From the NCBI GenBank assembly GCA_028282585.1, contig JANQHR010000040.1, forward strand, positions 3,715-67,714: a stretch of DNA of 64,000 nt, in the 5' to 3' direction. The DNA comes from Bacteroidales bacterium. Its GTDB lineage: Bacteria > Bacteroidota > Bacteroidia > Bacteroidales > UBA12077. Positions 17,917-27,533 of this stretch are shown here, in pieces. The translations under genes and the position numbers were made by a program. Every line of letters begins with the position of its first letter. Within the stretch, counting starts at the first letter, position 1. Below the pieces are notes generated by a model. The model searched no databases. It worked only from the letters and a program-made list of their open reading frames with translations, and was not told the origin of the DNA.

Positions 17917-20445
17917 ATGAGATATAAGATTACGAAATACTTACTTCTGTTTTTAATTGTATTTAGTCAAAATCTGCAAGCTCAAACCATTCATAAGAAT
18001 TCAATAGACTTTCACTACTTAGAAAATTTGATAAAAATCGGGATCGATAGTTTACGTGCCGAAAAAAACCTTAGTCCACTGGTACATGATTCTATTCTGT
18101 ACTTAGCTGCTCATGATCATGCAATATATTTATTAAAAACGGGAGCATTTAGCCATAATCAGCGAAACTCGATAAAACGAACACCTCATAAACGAGTTCT
18201 ATTTTATAATGGCACACATAACATGACGGGTGAAAACATTGCCAAAATTTACATTTTCCGGCCATTGATAAATTATCAAAAAAAAACAATCAATATATCT
18301 GATTATAAATTAGCTGCAACTGAATTTGTTGAAGGTTGGAAACATTCCAGGGGTCATTATGAAAACATCATAACACCTGAGTTCAATTCTACAGGTTTGG
18401 CCGTTTCGTATAACAAAAAAACGGATGAGGTTTTTGCGGTTCAGGTTTTCGGCAGAAGTAACAAGATTAAGTTAAACTCTGAATTTAATAAATATTCAGG
18501 CTCATCAGATTTAGGTAATGAAATTCAATATAAACCTCATAAAAGACATGCTTATAATATTAAATATCCTGCCAAAGAAAAGGACATAGTTTTATATAAT
18601 AGGATTAGAAAAAGAGCATTTGGCAATTCCCGGTATTACAGCAATAACAATAGATTATATTTAAGGCTTAGGAACTATAATGCAGCTGATTATTTTTTTA
18701 AAAACCGAAAAGACGGGCTTATAATGGAATATGTTCCGTTTTACCTATACAGCCAGAAAGATCTTTACCATAATTATCCGACGAGAAAAAACAACGAATG
18801 TATTTTTAATGGTTTTGTTTCAGAACCAACGTATAAAAAAGAGATTGTTGGAAATAAAAGAAAAGTAAAAAGAAAATCGAGGCCATTTACAGTTAACCTA
18901 GGTAAAATTCCTAATAACAATTCCGACTCATTAAACGAAATTAATGTACTAATATTAAAAAGGAACAGAATTGTTGATGTAATTTATTTTCAACATTCTT
19001 GTGGTGAGATGATAAACTATTTCCCCAACATTGATTATATTGATTTACCATTTAAAGTTCATGAAACTAATTATACTCCTGTACCCGAAAAGGACTCCTT
19101 CTTTTTAAAAGTTAACTTTGAACGTAATAAAACTGAAGTTGATTCTACAGTAATAAATGAGATTAAGAATTTCTTAAGCAGAAGAAGTTACAAGCCACTT
19201 TATGCGTATATTACTGCCTATGCCAGCGTTGAAGGGCCTTCAAGTATAAACACTGAATTATATAAGAAACGAGCTGAAAATATCTCCGAAATATTTAAGA
19301 ATCACAGTTCGGAAAACTTTCCTGTTAAGATACTTACAAAAGAAAATTGGAGATTATTCAATAAACAGATTAAAAATACCGAGTACGATTTTCTTACTGA
19401 AAAAGACACATCATACATTAAAAAATTTCTTCAATTGGAACAGCCTTTGGCCGATTTGGATAAAAAACTTTATGCACAACGTTATTTAAGCGTTAAAATA
19501 GTCTCGGAAGAAATAATTACTAATGAAAATTTAAATAGTTATGCTATTAAAGAATATAACAAACTAACAGAACCTTATTTAAACTCTCAAAAAAGATACT
19601 ACAACAAATTCATATCAGATCAAACCAAAGCCAAATTAGAACATATTCAACATTTTCTTTTTGAAAGATATCTAAATAACGAATTAGATTATTCCGTGAT
19701 TGAATCACTGCCGGTAAACATTGACAGTAGAAAGCTACAAGACAAGAATCGATATAATCAATTGGAAATTAATTATTTATTATTCAAACTTAATCATACT
19801 AATTTAACCGAATTAGAAAAATATGAGATCTATAAAACACTCAACGGCTATAACAATATTGATCCAAACTATAAAATAAACAACTTTGTATGGCAATTAA
19901 ATGATAGGCTACATAACAACGAAGTAATTGAAACAAAATTTCTGGAATCAATCAATAACCTGATTAAAAAAATTAAAACTCCAATTGACAGAAAGGTAAT
20001 TGATGAGTTGGAACTATATTATCATATTAAAACCTTACAATTAGCCTATTACGAAAATCCATTTGATGATTTTGCAGATTTTAAAAATTCCTTACGGTTT
20101 ATTTTTAATTATTATAATTCTATCGAAATAGATTCACAAACTGCCATAAGCGTCTCTAAATTTTTTGAATTGCTTAGATCATATTCTTATGCTACCGAAA
20201 TCCTGGAACCTTTTATTAATAATGACATTAGTAATCCTGAAATTATAAAGCAATATATAAGATTATTATTTACTAATATTGAGGTTTCTAACAGTGAGAA
20301 GTATTATGAACTTTTATTTTGGGCACATAAAAAATTAAATAAATCAGATTGGTGCAGTTTATTTACGGATACATGCCGAATAAATTTTCAAATTCTTGAT
20401 TATGCTCCTTTGTATCGTTTTTTTTACAATGAATGTATTGAATAA
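17917..20445 (+). CDS. Secreted CAP/SCP-domain protein with long uncharacterised C-terminal region
   Basis: Signal peptide (LLFLIVFSQNLQAQ). CAP-domain motif WKHSRGHYENII...STGLAV in the first ~180 aa. The remaining ~650 aa are not recognised. Confidence 0.7.
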   Translation: MRYKITKYLLLFLIVFSQNLQAQTIHKNSIDFHYLENLIKIGIDSLRAEKNLSPLVHDSILYLAAHDHAIYLLKTGAFSHNQRNSIKRTPHKRVLFYNGTHNMTGENIAKIYIFRPLINYQKKTINISDYKLAATEFVEGWKHSRGHYENIITPEFNSTGLAVSYNKKTDEVFAVQVFGRSNKIKLNSEFNKYSGSSDLGNEIQYKPHKRHAYNIKYPAKEKDIVLYNRIRKRAFGNSRYYSNNNRLYLRLRNYNAADYFFKNRKDGLIMEYVPFYLYSQKDLYHNYPTRKNNECIFNGFVSEPTYKKEIVGNKRKVKRKSRPFTVNLGKIPNNNSDSLNEINVLILKRNRIVDVIYFQHSCGEMINYFPNIDYIDLPFKVHETNYTPVPEKDSFFLKVNFERNKTEVDSTVINEIKNFLSRRSYKPLYAYITAYASVEGPSSINTELYKKRAENISEIFKNHSSENFPVKILTKENWRLFNKQIKNTEYDFLTEKDTSYIKKFLQLEQPLADLDKKLYAQRYLSVKIVSEEIITNENLNSYAIKEYNKLTEPYLNSQKRYYNKFISDQTKAKLEHIQHFLFERYLNNELDYSVIESLPVNIDSRKLQDKNRYNQLEINYLLFKLNHTNLTELEKYEIYKTLNGYNNIDPNYKINNFVWQLNDRLHNNEVIETKFLESINNLIKKIKTPIDRKVIDELELYYHIKTLQLAYYENPFDDFADFKNSLRFIFNYYNSIEIDSQTAISVSKFFELLRSYSYATEILEPFINNDISNPEIIKQYIRLLFTNIEVSNSEKYYELLFWAHKKLNKSDWCSLFTDTCRINFQILDYAPLYRFFYNECIE

Positions 20446-20528
20446 ACCACCTCACTCAGAATATTTTCCTTATTTCACTTTCGTTAATATGATGTTGTTC
20501 GTAATTTTATCAGCCAAAATATAAATAA

Positions 20529-21446
20529 ATGGCTGACTATAATAAATTGCTTGAGGAAATAGTTCAGGAAATAAAACCAATTATTGGCGAAGGTAAAGTA
20601 GCAGGTTATATTCCTGCACTTGCTAAAATAGATCCTCAGAAATTTGGAGTAACAATTTCAACAATAAACGGAAACACATTTTCGATTGGAGATGTAAATG
20701 AAAAATTTTCCGTTCAAAGTATTTCGAAAGTATTTACTTTAACGCTTGCTTTCTCAAAACTTGGTGAAGAAATTTGGTCGCGCGTAGGAAGAGAACCTTC
20801 CGGAAATGCATTTAATTCTTTAGTACAGTTAGAATATGAGCGGGGTATTCCTCGTAATCCTTTTATAAATGCCGGGGCAATTGTTATTACTGATATTTTA
20901 ATTAGCTTATTAGATGATCCTTATGCCGAACTATTGGATTTTATCCGCTTATTAAGCGGCTCGGAAGATATTCGGTACGATGCAAAAGTTGCTCAATCGG
21001 AACGTGAAAACGGATTTACTAATGCTGCATTAGTAAATTTTCTTAAAAGTCATCATAATATAAAAAATGATGTTGAGAAAGTTTTGGATGTATATTTTCA
21101 TCACTGTTCAATAACCATGACAACCAATGAATTATCCAAATCCTTTCTTTATTTAAGTAATCATGGATGCATTCCAAAATCCAAGCATAATATTTTAACA
21201 AAAAGTCAGGCTAAAAGAATAAATGCGCTAATGTTAACTTGTGGTACCTACGATGAGGCCGGTGATTTTGCTTATTTAGTAGGAATGCCCGGAAAAAGCG
21301 GTGTTGGTGGCGGAATTGCAGCTATCATTCCGAATGAATTAAGCATTGCTGTTTGGTGCCCGGCATTAAATAAAAAAGGTAACTCTTTGGCAGGAATGAA
21401 AGCCCTTGAGCTATTTACAACAAAAACCGGTATGTCCATATTTTGA
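20529..21446 (+). CDS. glsA: Glutaminase A
   Basis: GKVAGYIPALA, QSISKVFTL (S-x-x-K) and GKSGVGGGI motifs. 305 aa. Confidence 0.9.
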   Translation: MADYNKLLEEIVQEIKPIIGEGKVAGYIPALAKIDPQKFGVTISTINGNTFSIGDVNEKFSVQSISKVFTLTLAFSKLGEEIWSRVGREPSGNAFNSLVQLEYERGIPRNPFINAGAIVITDILISLLDDPYAELLDFIRLLSGSEDIRYDAKVAQSERENGFTNAALVNFLKSHHNIKNDVEKVLDVYFHHCSITMTTNELSKSFLYLSNHGCIPKSKHNILTKSQAKRINALMLTCGTYDEAGDFAYLVGMPGKSGVGGGIAAIIPNELSIAVWCPALNKKGNSLAGMKALELFTTKTGMSIF

Positions 21447-21455
21447 TTTATTGCG

Positions 21456-22016
21456 ATGCAACAATTAATAGACTTCATAAGCGAATATATACAATTGGAA
21501 AAAGAAACAATCAATGCCTTAGAAAAAAGAATCCAATATGAATCTTTTAAAAAAAACGAACTGATATTAAAGCAAGGAAGCACAGCTAATAAGGTTTGGT
21601 TTATTACTAAAGGTCTTGTAAGAAAATTTTATTACCACGAGGGCAAAGAAGTTAACACCTGGATTCATGCCGAAAATGAAATGTGTACTTCTATGTATAG
21701 CTATTTCGAAAAAAAACCTTCTGAGGAAAATATCCAGGCAATTGAAAATACAGAACTAATTAGCCTTACCTATGAAAAAAGCCTTGAACTAAACTTTTAT
21801 CCTGAATTTAGTGATTTCAGCAGAAAATTACTTACAAAACAATTTGCATGTATCGATGAATTTTCTAAAAAGTTTAGTTTAATGAATGCTTCAGAAAAAT
21901 ATCAGGCTTTATCGGAGACTGCTCCGGAAATAATAAAAAGAGCTAAATTAGGATATATTGCTTCAGTTATGGGTATTTCACAAGAAACCCTAAGCCGCAT
22001 TAGATCTAAAAAATAA
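21456..22016 (+). CDS. Crp/Fnr family transcriptional regulator
   Basis: 186 aa. cNMP-binding-like N-terminus (KKNELILKQGSTANKVWFITKGLVR) and C-terminal HTH (LGYIASVMGISQETLSRIRSK). Confidence 0.8.
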   Translation: MQQLIDFISEYIQLEKETINALEKRIQYESFKKNELILKQGSTANKVWFITKGLVRKFYYHEGKEVNTWIHAENEMCTSMYSYFEKKPSEENIQAIENTELISLTYEKSLELNFYPEFSDFSRKLLTKQFACIDEFSKKFSLMNASEKYQALSETAPEIIKRAKLGYIASVMGISQETLSRIRSKK

Positions 22017-22100
22017 AATCACATCTATTTTTTTGACTTATGTCAATAGAACTATACAAACTGATCCTGAAATTTGTACCAAATTACAAAACCAAAGATC

Positions 22101-22418
22101 ATGACAGTTTTAAAACCAATTATGCTTTTATCAGATATAGCAAAACGAGCTAACAAGGGAACTGCTTTAGATGTTGACTATTTTATGTCCTATTTAACTA
22201 ATGAATCGTCAACGCAGATATTAAAAATGGTTGACTTCGCTATAAGTCAAATAATGTCCAAAGAAGGTGCAGAAAGAATTAAGTACTATTTATTTAATGG
22301 AACAAATATTCAAAGAAATTATGCAGCACTTTACTTTAAAAGACATAAAAAAGAAGATGTATTATTGGAAGCAATCTTAATGCAAAGAATTGATGAAAAG
22401 CAAGTTTTCTCAGTGTAA
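22101..22418 (+). CDS. Hypothetical protein
   Basis: ORF with ATG at 22101 (the track starts at TTG 22074). No motif recognised. Confidence 0.4.
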   Translation: MTVLKPIMLLSDIAKRANKGTALDVDYFMSYLTNESSTQILKMVDFAISQIMSKEGAERIKYYLFNGTNIQRNYAALYFKRHKKEDVLLEAILMQRIDEKQVFSV

Positions 22419-22442
22419 TTAAAGAGATCGTTTAATTGAACG

Positions 22443-22450
22443 TAGTTTTG
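22443..22450 (+). promoter_or_regulatory. Bacteroidota-type -7 box (TAGTTTTG)
   Basis: Matches TAnnTTTG, 118 nt upstream of the ATG at 22568. Confidence 0.3.
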
Positions 22451-22567
22451 CTTTTTATACAAGAATTTTAACCGATTCCTTACATATTTGATTATTTCAT
22501 CAAAAGATACTAACTTAATAAGGTCAAAAAACGTTACAAAAGTTGACTAAATCAAAGTTAGCCATAA

Positions 22568-24766
22568 ATGTGCAGGAACGTATTACTTATTTTGATCTTT
22601 ACATTGTGCAGTAATGTACTTTTTTCTCAAGATTGGCATGAAATTTATTACCTTGAAGGGGAAGCTCAATATTTTATTGATGAAAGAAAATACGATAAGG
22701 CTATCGATATTTATCGTAGAATTATTCGAGAAGTTCCGGAAAATACCTATGCTAAATATAAAATCGGTCGTTTATATTTACAATCTGACTCAGAAAAGGA
22801 ATTAGCTATAGAGTATCTCGAAGATGCATCGCAGAATATAGCGCTGGATTTCGATGAAGGATCGCTTCGGGAAATTCGAACTCCCGTAGATGTTTTTCTT
22901 TACTTGGGTGAAGCGTATCAAATAGCAAACAGAATTGACGAGGCAGTAGTGGTTTATAATAATTTTAAAGAATTGATTCAACCCGATAATGAACTATATC
23001 CTGTTGTACTTCATAGATTAAAAACTTGTGAAAATGCTAAAATTGCTCTTAAAGATCCTTTGAGGGTTTCCAAAACCAATCTGGGAGCACCGGTTAACAA
23101 CGATAACCCAAATTTTGGAGCCGTATTTTCCGGTGATGGAAATACGGTCATTTTTACTTCATACACGCGGAATTATATCGATAATTATTATGCTGTAAAA
23201 GAAAATGGGATATGGGGTAATCCAAAACGTATAAGTGAAAAATTAAGTAACAAATATTATCTTAGAACTGCAGGCCTTTCATATGATGGTACAGAATTAT
23301 ATCTGGCCACAGATGATCCTGAAAAAAACGATTTATTCGTTTGTTATAAAGAAGGGAAAAATTGGATTGAAGCAGAAAAACTTCCAAAAACTATAAATGG
23401 TAAAAAGAGTAATGAAACTCATGCGTCCGTGACAAAAGATGGAAATACATTGTACTTTACAAGTGATAGAGAAGGAGGACAAGGAGGATTTGACATTTAT
23501 AAATCAACTAAAGATACCAAAGGTAAATGGGGTGAACCGGAAAATTTAGGACCAAGCATAAATACACCTTTTGATGAAGCAACTCCATTTATCACAATGG
23601 ATGACAGATACCTATTTTTTAGCTCACAGGGCCATGGAAGTATTGGTGGTTTTGATATCTTTTATATTGATCTAACAACTGCTTCAACAGCTACAAATTT
23701 GGGTTATCCTGCAAACACAACAGGAGACGATCTGTTTTTTGTACCAAATAATTCTTTAACATCAGGCTATATATCAACTTATGATAGTACATCAATAGGC
23801 GAAAGCGATATTTATTTTGTATCAATTCTGCAAAAAATAAATCTTGCAGGAAACATTAATACGGTTGATGGCGATCAGATAACAGATTCTAATGTTGAAA
23901 TCTCGGTTATTGAGACTAATACAAACAACATTGTGAAAACCCTTAATACAAACAAGAGTAAATTTGAAATTGATCTTAATCCCGGAGATTACAACGTTAT
24001 AATTAACAAGGAAAATTATGAAGCATTTACTGACCAGGTTAGTATCCCTGAAAACTATAATCAGAGCATATACACTTTTAATGCTACCTTAAACCCTATT
24101 GAGGTTGAACAAGAAGAATTAGTAGCTGAGGTTATTGAAGAATCAGTTCCAGAACTGGAAAAAGAGGAGCAAGCGATAAGAGAAACAGTAAAAGAACAGG
24201 AAGAAATTATGTTAGAAGAGACTAAAGTTGAGGAAACGATTCCGGAACCTGTTAATGAAGAAAAAGAGGAAGAAAAGTTACCTAAAAAGGAAATAGCTAA
24301 ATATGTTCCAAAAACTTCCCCAAATAAAACAGGAAAGAAAACTTATTCGGTTCAGTTAATGGCACTAAAAAATCCTGTTAAAGTAAACTACTTTAAAGAT
24401 GTTAGCAACGTGGTTTTAACAAAATATTCTGATGGTTTCTACAGATATACCGTGGGAAATACCGATTCTTATTCCGAAGCTCAAAAAATAAAAGATGAAA
24501 TTAACAAACTTGGCTATAAAGATGCCTTTATCCGCATAAATGATGAACAAAGATCAACTTTTACTATTCAGATAATGGCCTTAATAATTCCGGTTAAACC
24601 TGATTTTTTTACGGATTTATCTTCTGTAGTTGTTACCAAGGGTGCTGATGATTATTTTAGATATACAATAGGTGACTTCGACTCGTATGAAGAAGCCAAA
24701 CAAGAACTTTCCAGCATAAAACTATTAGGTTATAACCAGGCATTTGTTAAAAAAACAAATAACTAA
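22568..24766 (+). CDS. TPR / PD40 (TolB-like beta-propeller) protein with two C-terminal SPOR domains
   Basis: Signal peptide. TPR region. PD40 repeats (GAVFSGDGNTVIFTS, SVTKDGNTLYFTSDREGGQGGFDIYKS). E/K-rich linker. Two SPOR-like repeats (YSVQLMALKNPV..., FTIQIMALIIPV...). Confidence 0.8.
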   Translation: MCRNVLLILIFTLCSNVLFSQDWHEIYYLEGEAQYFIDERKYDKAIDIYRRIIREVPENTYAKYKIGRLYLQSDSEKELAIEYLEDASQNIALDFDEGSLREIRTPVDVFLYLGEAYQIANRIDEAVVVYNNFKELIQPDNELYPVVLHRLKTCENAKIALKDPLRVSKTNLGAPVNNDNPNFGAVFSGDGNTVIFTSYTRNYIDNYYAVKENGIWGNPKRISEKLSNKYYLRTAGLSYDGTELYLATDDPEKNDLFVCYKEGKNWIEAEKLPKTINGKKSNETHASVTKDGNTLYFTSDREGGQGGFDIYKSTKDTKGKWGEPENLGPSINTPFDEATPFITMDDRYLFFSSQGHGSIGGFDIFYIDLTTASTATNLGYPANTTGDDLFFVPNNSLTSGYISTYDSTSIGESDIYFVSILQKINLAGNINTVDGDQITDSNVEISVIETNTNNIVKTLNTNKSKFEIDLNPGDYNVIINKENYEAFTDQVSIPENYNQSIYTFNATLNPIEVEQEELVAEVIEESVPELEKEEQAIRETVKEQEEIMLEETKVEETIPEPVNEEKEEEKLPKKEIAKYVPKTSPNKTGKKTYSVQLMALKNPVKVNYFKDVSNVVLTKYSDGFYRYTVGNTDSYSEAQKIKDEINKLGYKDAFIRINDEQRSTFTIQIMALIIPVKPDFFTDLSSVVVTKGADDYFRYTIGDFDSYEEAKQELSSIKLLGYNQAFVKKTNN

Positions 24767-24767
24767 A

Positions 24768-24920
24768 AAAGAGCTTGAAAAAGAAATCAGAGGATATATT
24801 CATTTTTACAATTACGATAGAATTAAACTTAATTTAATGGAATGAGCCCGATGCAATATCTGGCTCATTATTATATAAAAATTAATAGTTAACTTTGTCT
24901 AACTTTTGGGGTGCAGTCTA
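24768..24920 (+). mobile_element. IS3-family transposase (OrfB) 3' remnant, frameshifted
   Basis: Translation KELEKEIRGYIHFYNYDRIKLNL then, in another frame, GMSPMQYLAHYYIKINS*. The frames are joined by a tandem TTAAT-TTAAT at 24829-24838. No upstream transposase body is present. Confidence 0.6.
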
Positions 24921-24936
24921 TCATGTAGCTCTTTTT

Positions 24937-27312
24937 CTATTCGTATCTAAGTGATTGTGCTGGGTTTTGCAATGCCGCTGAATATACTCTCCAAACTATT
25001 GTAATAATCGAAGTAAGTATAATAATTGCTAATGGCACTGTAAAACTTATTGAATTTGGACTCATATGCACTGAGAAAACACTTTCCATTAGCATTATTG
25101 ACATATAATATCCTGCAGTACAACCTAGTACCGATGCTATAATTATTAGTATAGTAAAAGGACGTGTAATGATCAACATAATCTTTGGAATTGATGCTCC
25201 ATGAACTTTCCGAATACCGACCTCTTTTGTTCGGTTGATAACACTTAAACTTACCAAGGTATATAATCCTAATGCTGACAACAATAAAGCACAGATTGCC
25301 AAAAATATAAACATAATTTTTATGTTCTTATTAACCTCTTTAGATTCCTCCAACAACTCCTCTTGATATTCTCCCTCATACGGGTAATTAGGAACAAGTT
25401 CTGACCATTCCTTTTTCAGAAATTCATTTACTTCTGATAAATTTTCTGCAGAAGTACGAATAACAATTCTTCCATAATTTTCCTCAGGAGCAGCTCTATA
25501 AATTAATGGTTCAATAGGTGCCCATGAGCCATACAAATAAACATTTTTTGATACCCCTGTAATTTGTAAAGGTAATGTATCATTAACGTAAACTGTCTTA
25601 CCGATTGGATCATCAAAACCAAAATCCTTTACAAATTTCTCATTTACAATTACATTATTATCTGCAATATCACCAGCAAGATTTTCTTTATTAAAACCTC
25701 TGCCTTCCACAATTTTTACCTTCATAGTATTCAAATAATCAAAACCTACGTGCATCATGTTGGTTTCAATTTGCTGATCTAGATATTTTATAGATCTGTT
25801 ATAGTTTCCATATCCAATATGATAACTTGTTCCTGCGTACATCTCAATTTTTGGATTCTCTTTAACAACTGATTCAAATGGTTTATAATCATTATTGTTA
25901 TGCATACTAAGAACAATCAGATTGTCTTTTTCATAACCAAGATCCATATTTTCCTGGAAAACTGCATTTTGAGCAAACATCACTCCCATAACTAATGCAG
26001 TAACAGAAGTAAAATACTGAAATCCTAATAAAAACCTTGATAAAATATTTTTACTTTTCAGCTTTAAACTAGCCCTGAAAATTTTTACCGGATTAAACCT
26101 GCTTATGTAAAAAGCCGGATAAGCCCCTGCTAATAAAGAAGTAAATATCCAAAGTATTAAAACAAAAGATATTAGAGTCGGATCATTTCTAAAACTATAG
26201 TCCAGTTCCATGTATTCCCACATTGCTGAATACTCAGGAACCAGAAATCCCGCAATAAAAATTCCAAGAATTATAGCTATAAAACTTATTACTAAATTCT
26301 CGCTTATAAATTGCAGAATTATGTGTTTTCTTAAACCTCCAAATACTTTTCTTAATCCAATTTCTTTTAAACGCTTACCTGCAAACGAAATAGCAGAATT
26401 CATAAAATTGAAGGCTGCAATTATTAAAATCATGATAGCCATAATTGGAGGCACCGAAACTGCCGCCGGGTGAAAACTTGTCCATAACCAGGTTGCCCAA
26501 ACATCCATATCGTTAACAGCTACCTTCAAAGGCTTAGTAAAAAAACTGGTTATTTCCCAATCCTCCCGTGCATCATTTTGAATAGGTATGTATTTTTTAA
26601 GTTGCTCGTTTATTGATGAAATATTTTCATGATCTCTCACTAATAAAAAAGTTGCTGCAACCCAACTATCCCATTTATCGGGCTCCAACTCCCACATATC
26701 CTCAAAATTCTCTAACTGAACCAATAACTCATGACGAAAACTACTGTTAAGCGGAAAGGTTTTATATATGGCCGCAACAATAAAAGTTATTTCCTCATTT
26801 TTATCATTTACAATTGAAATTACTTTGCCTATAGGATCCTCTTCCCCAAAAAATACTTCAGCAATGTTATCACTTATCAGAACATTTCCTTTTTCCTTTA
26901 AAGCATCTTTATTTCCCCTGACGATTTCCAAATCGAAAACCTCACCAAAATTAGGATCAGCAAAACCAACTCTTTTGTTAAATATACGCTCTCCACGTTT
27001 TATTGGTGAATAAGAACTTCTATATCTTGTAATTTTTTCTACCCCAGTCAAATCCTGTTCTAATAAAGGACCGAGCTTATGTGGTGTTATACCATATTCT
27101 TGATGACGCCCCTGGATCTCCCTGGTAATATTAATTTTATAAATATCCTCAAAGTTAGCGTGTTTTCTATCCCAGTCGTAATCGTATTTACTGTTTAGAT
27201 AGGCCGTAATACACAGGGCCAAAGCCACTGCTAACCCTAAAATATTTGTACCAACAAACAATAGATTCTTCCATAAATACCGAAGAGAAATGATTAAAAA
27301 ATTCCTGAACAT
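24937..27312 (-). CDS. ABC transporter permease, FtsX/MacB-like (two FtsX domains)
   Basis: 791 aa. N-terminal MFRNFLIISLRYLWKN pattern. Two 4-TM FtsX modules (..EIGLRKVFGG.., ..EVGIRKVHGAS..). Confidence 0.85.
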   Translation of the reverse strand: MFRNFLIISLRYLWKNLLFVGTNILGLAVALALCITAYLNSKYDYDWDRKHANFEDIYKINITREIQGRHQEYGITPHKLGPLLEQDLTGVEKITRYRSSYSPIKRGERIFNKRVGFADPNFGEVFDLEIVRGNKDALKEKGNVLISDNIAEVFFGEEDPIGKVISIVNDKNEEITFIVAAIYKTFPLNSSFRHELLVQLENFEDMWELEPDKWDSWVAATFLLVRDHENISSINEQLKKYIPIQNDAREDWEITSFFTKPLKVAVNDMDVWATWLWTSFHPAAVSVPPIMAIMILIIAAFNFMNSAISFAGKRLKEIGLRKVFGGLRKHIILQFISENLVISFIAIILGIFIAGFLVPEYSAMWEYMELDYSFRNDPTLISFVLILWIFTSLLAGAYPAFYISRFNPVKIFRASLKLKSKNILSRFLLGFQYFTSVTALVMGVMFAQNAVFQENMDLGYEKDNLIVLSMHNNNDYKPFESVVKENPKIEMYAGTSYHIGYGNYNRSIKYLDQQIETNMMHVGFDYLNTMKVKIVEGRGFNKENLAGDIADNNVIVNEKFVKDFGFDDPIGKTVYVNDTLPLQITGVSKNVYLYGSWAPIEPLIYRAAPEENYGRIVIRTSAENLSEVNEFLKKEWSELVPNYPYEGEYQEELLEESKEVNKNIKIMFIFLAICALLLSALGLYTLVSLSVINRTKEVGIRKVHGASIPKIMLIITRPFTILIIIASVLGCTAGYYMSIMLMESVFSVHMSPNSISFTVPLAIIILTSIITIVWRVYSAALQNPAQSLRYE

Positions 27313-27338
27313 AACTTTCCTGTTTTAGTAGTATTAAT

Positions 27339-27346
27339 CAAAATTA
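27339..27346 (-). promoter_or_regulatory. Bacteroidota-type -7 box (TAATTTTG on minus strand)
   Basis: Plus-strand CAAAATTA, 27 nt upstream of the permease ATG at 27312. Confidence 0.35.
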
Positions 27347-27480
27347 GATTAATCAAGAATCAAGGTCAAGACAAGTTAAATTAAATTAAATATATATGCA
27401 ATGCACTGAAACTACAAAAAACTGTCTTGAATTGATTTCTAATTATCATAAAAGACGTTATAATCTATTTTTCGTTGCAC

Positions 27481-27511
27481 AAAAAAAGAGCCATTCTCAA
27501 AAGAATGGCTC
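27481..27511 (-). terminator. Intrinsic terminator after infB
   Basis: 10-bp stem GAGCCATTCT/AGAATGGCTC with a 4-nt loop. The plus-strand A7 run (27481-27487) gives a U-tract on the minus strand. Confidence 0.75.
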
Positions 27512-27533
27512 CATAAAATAAAATTATTAATAA

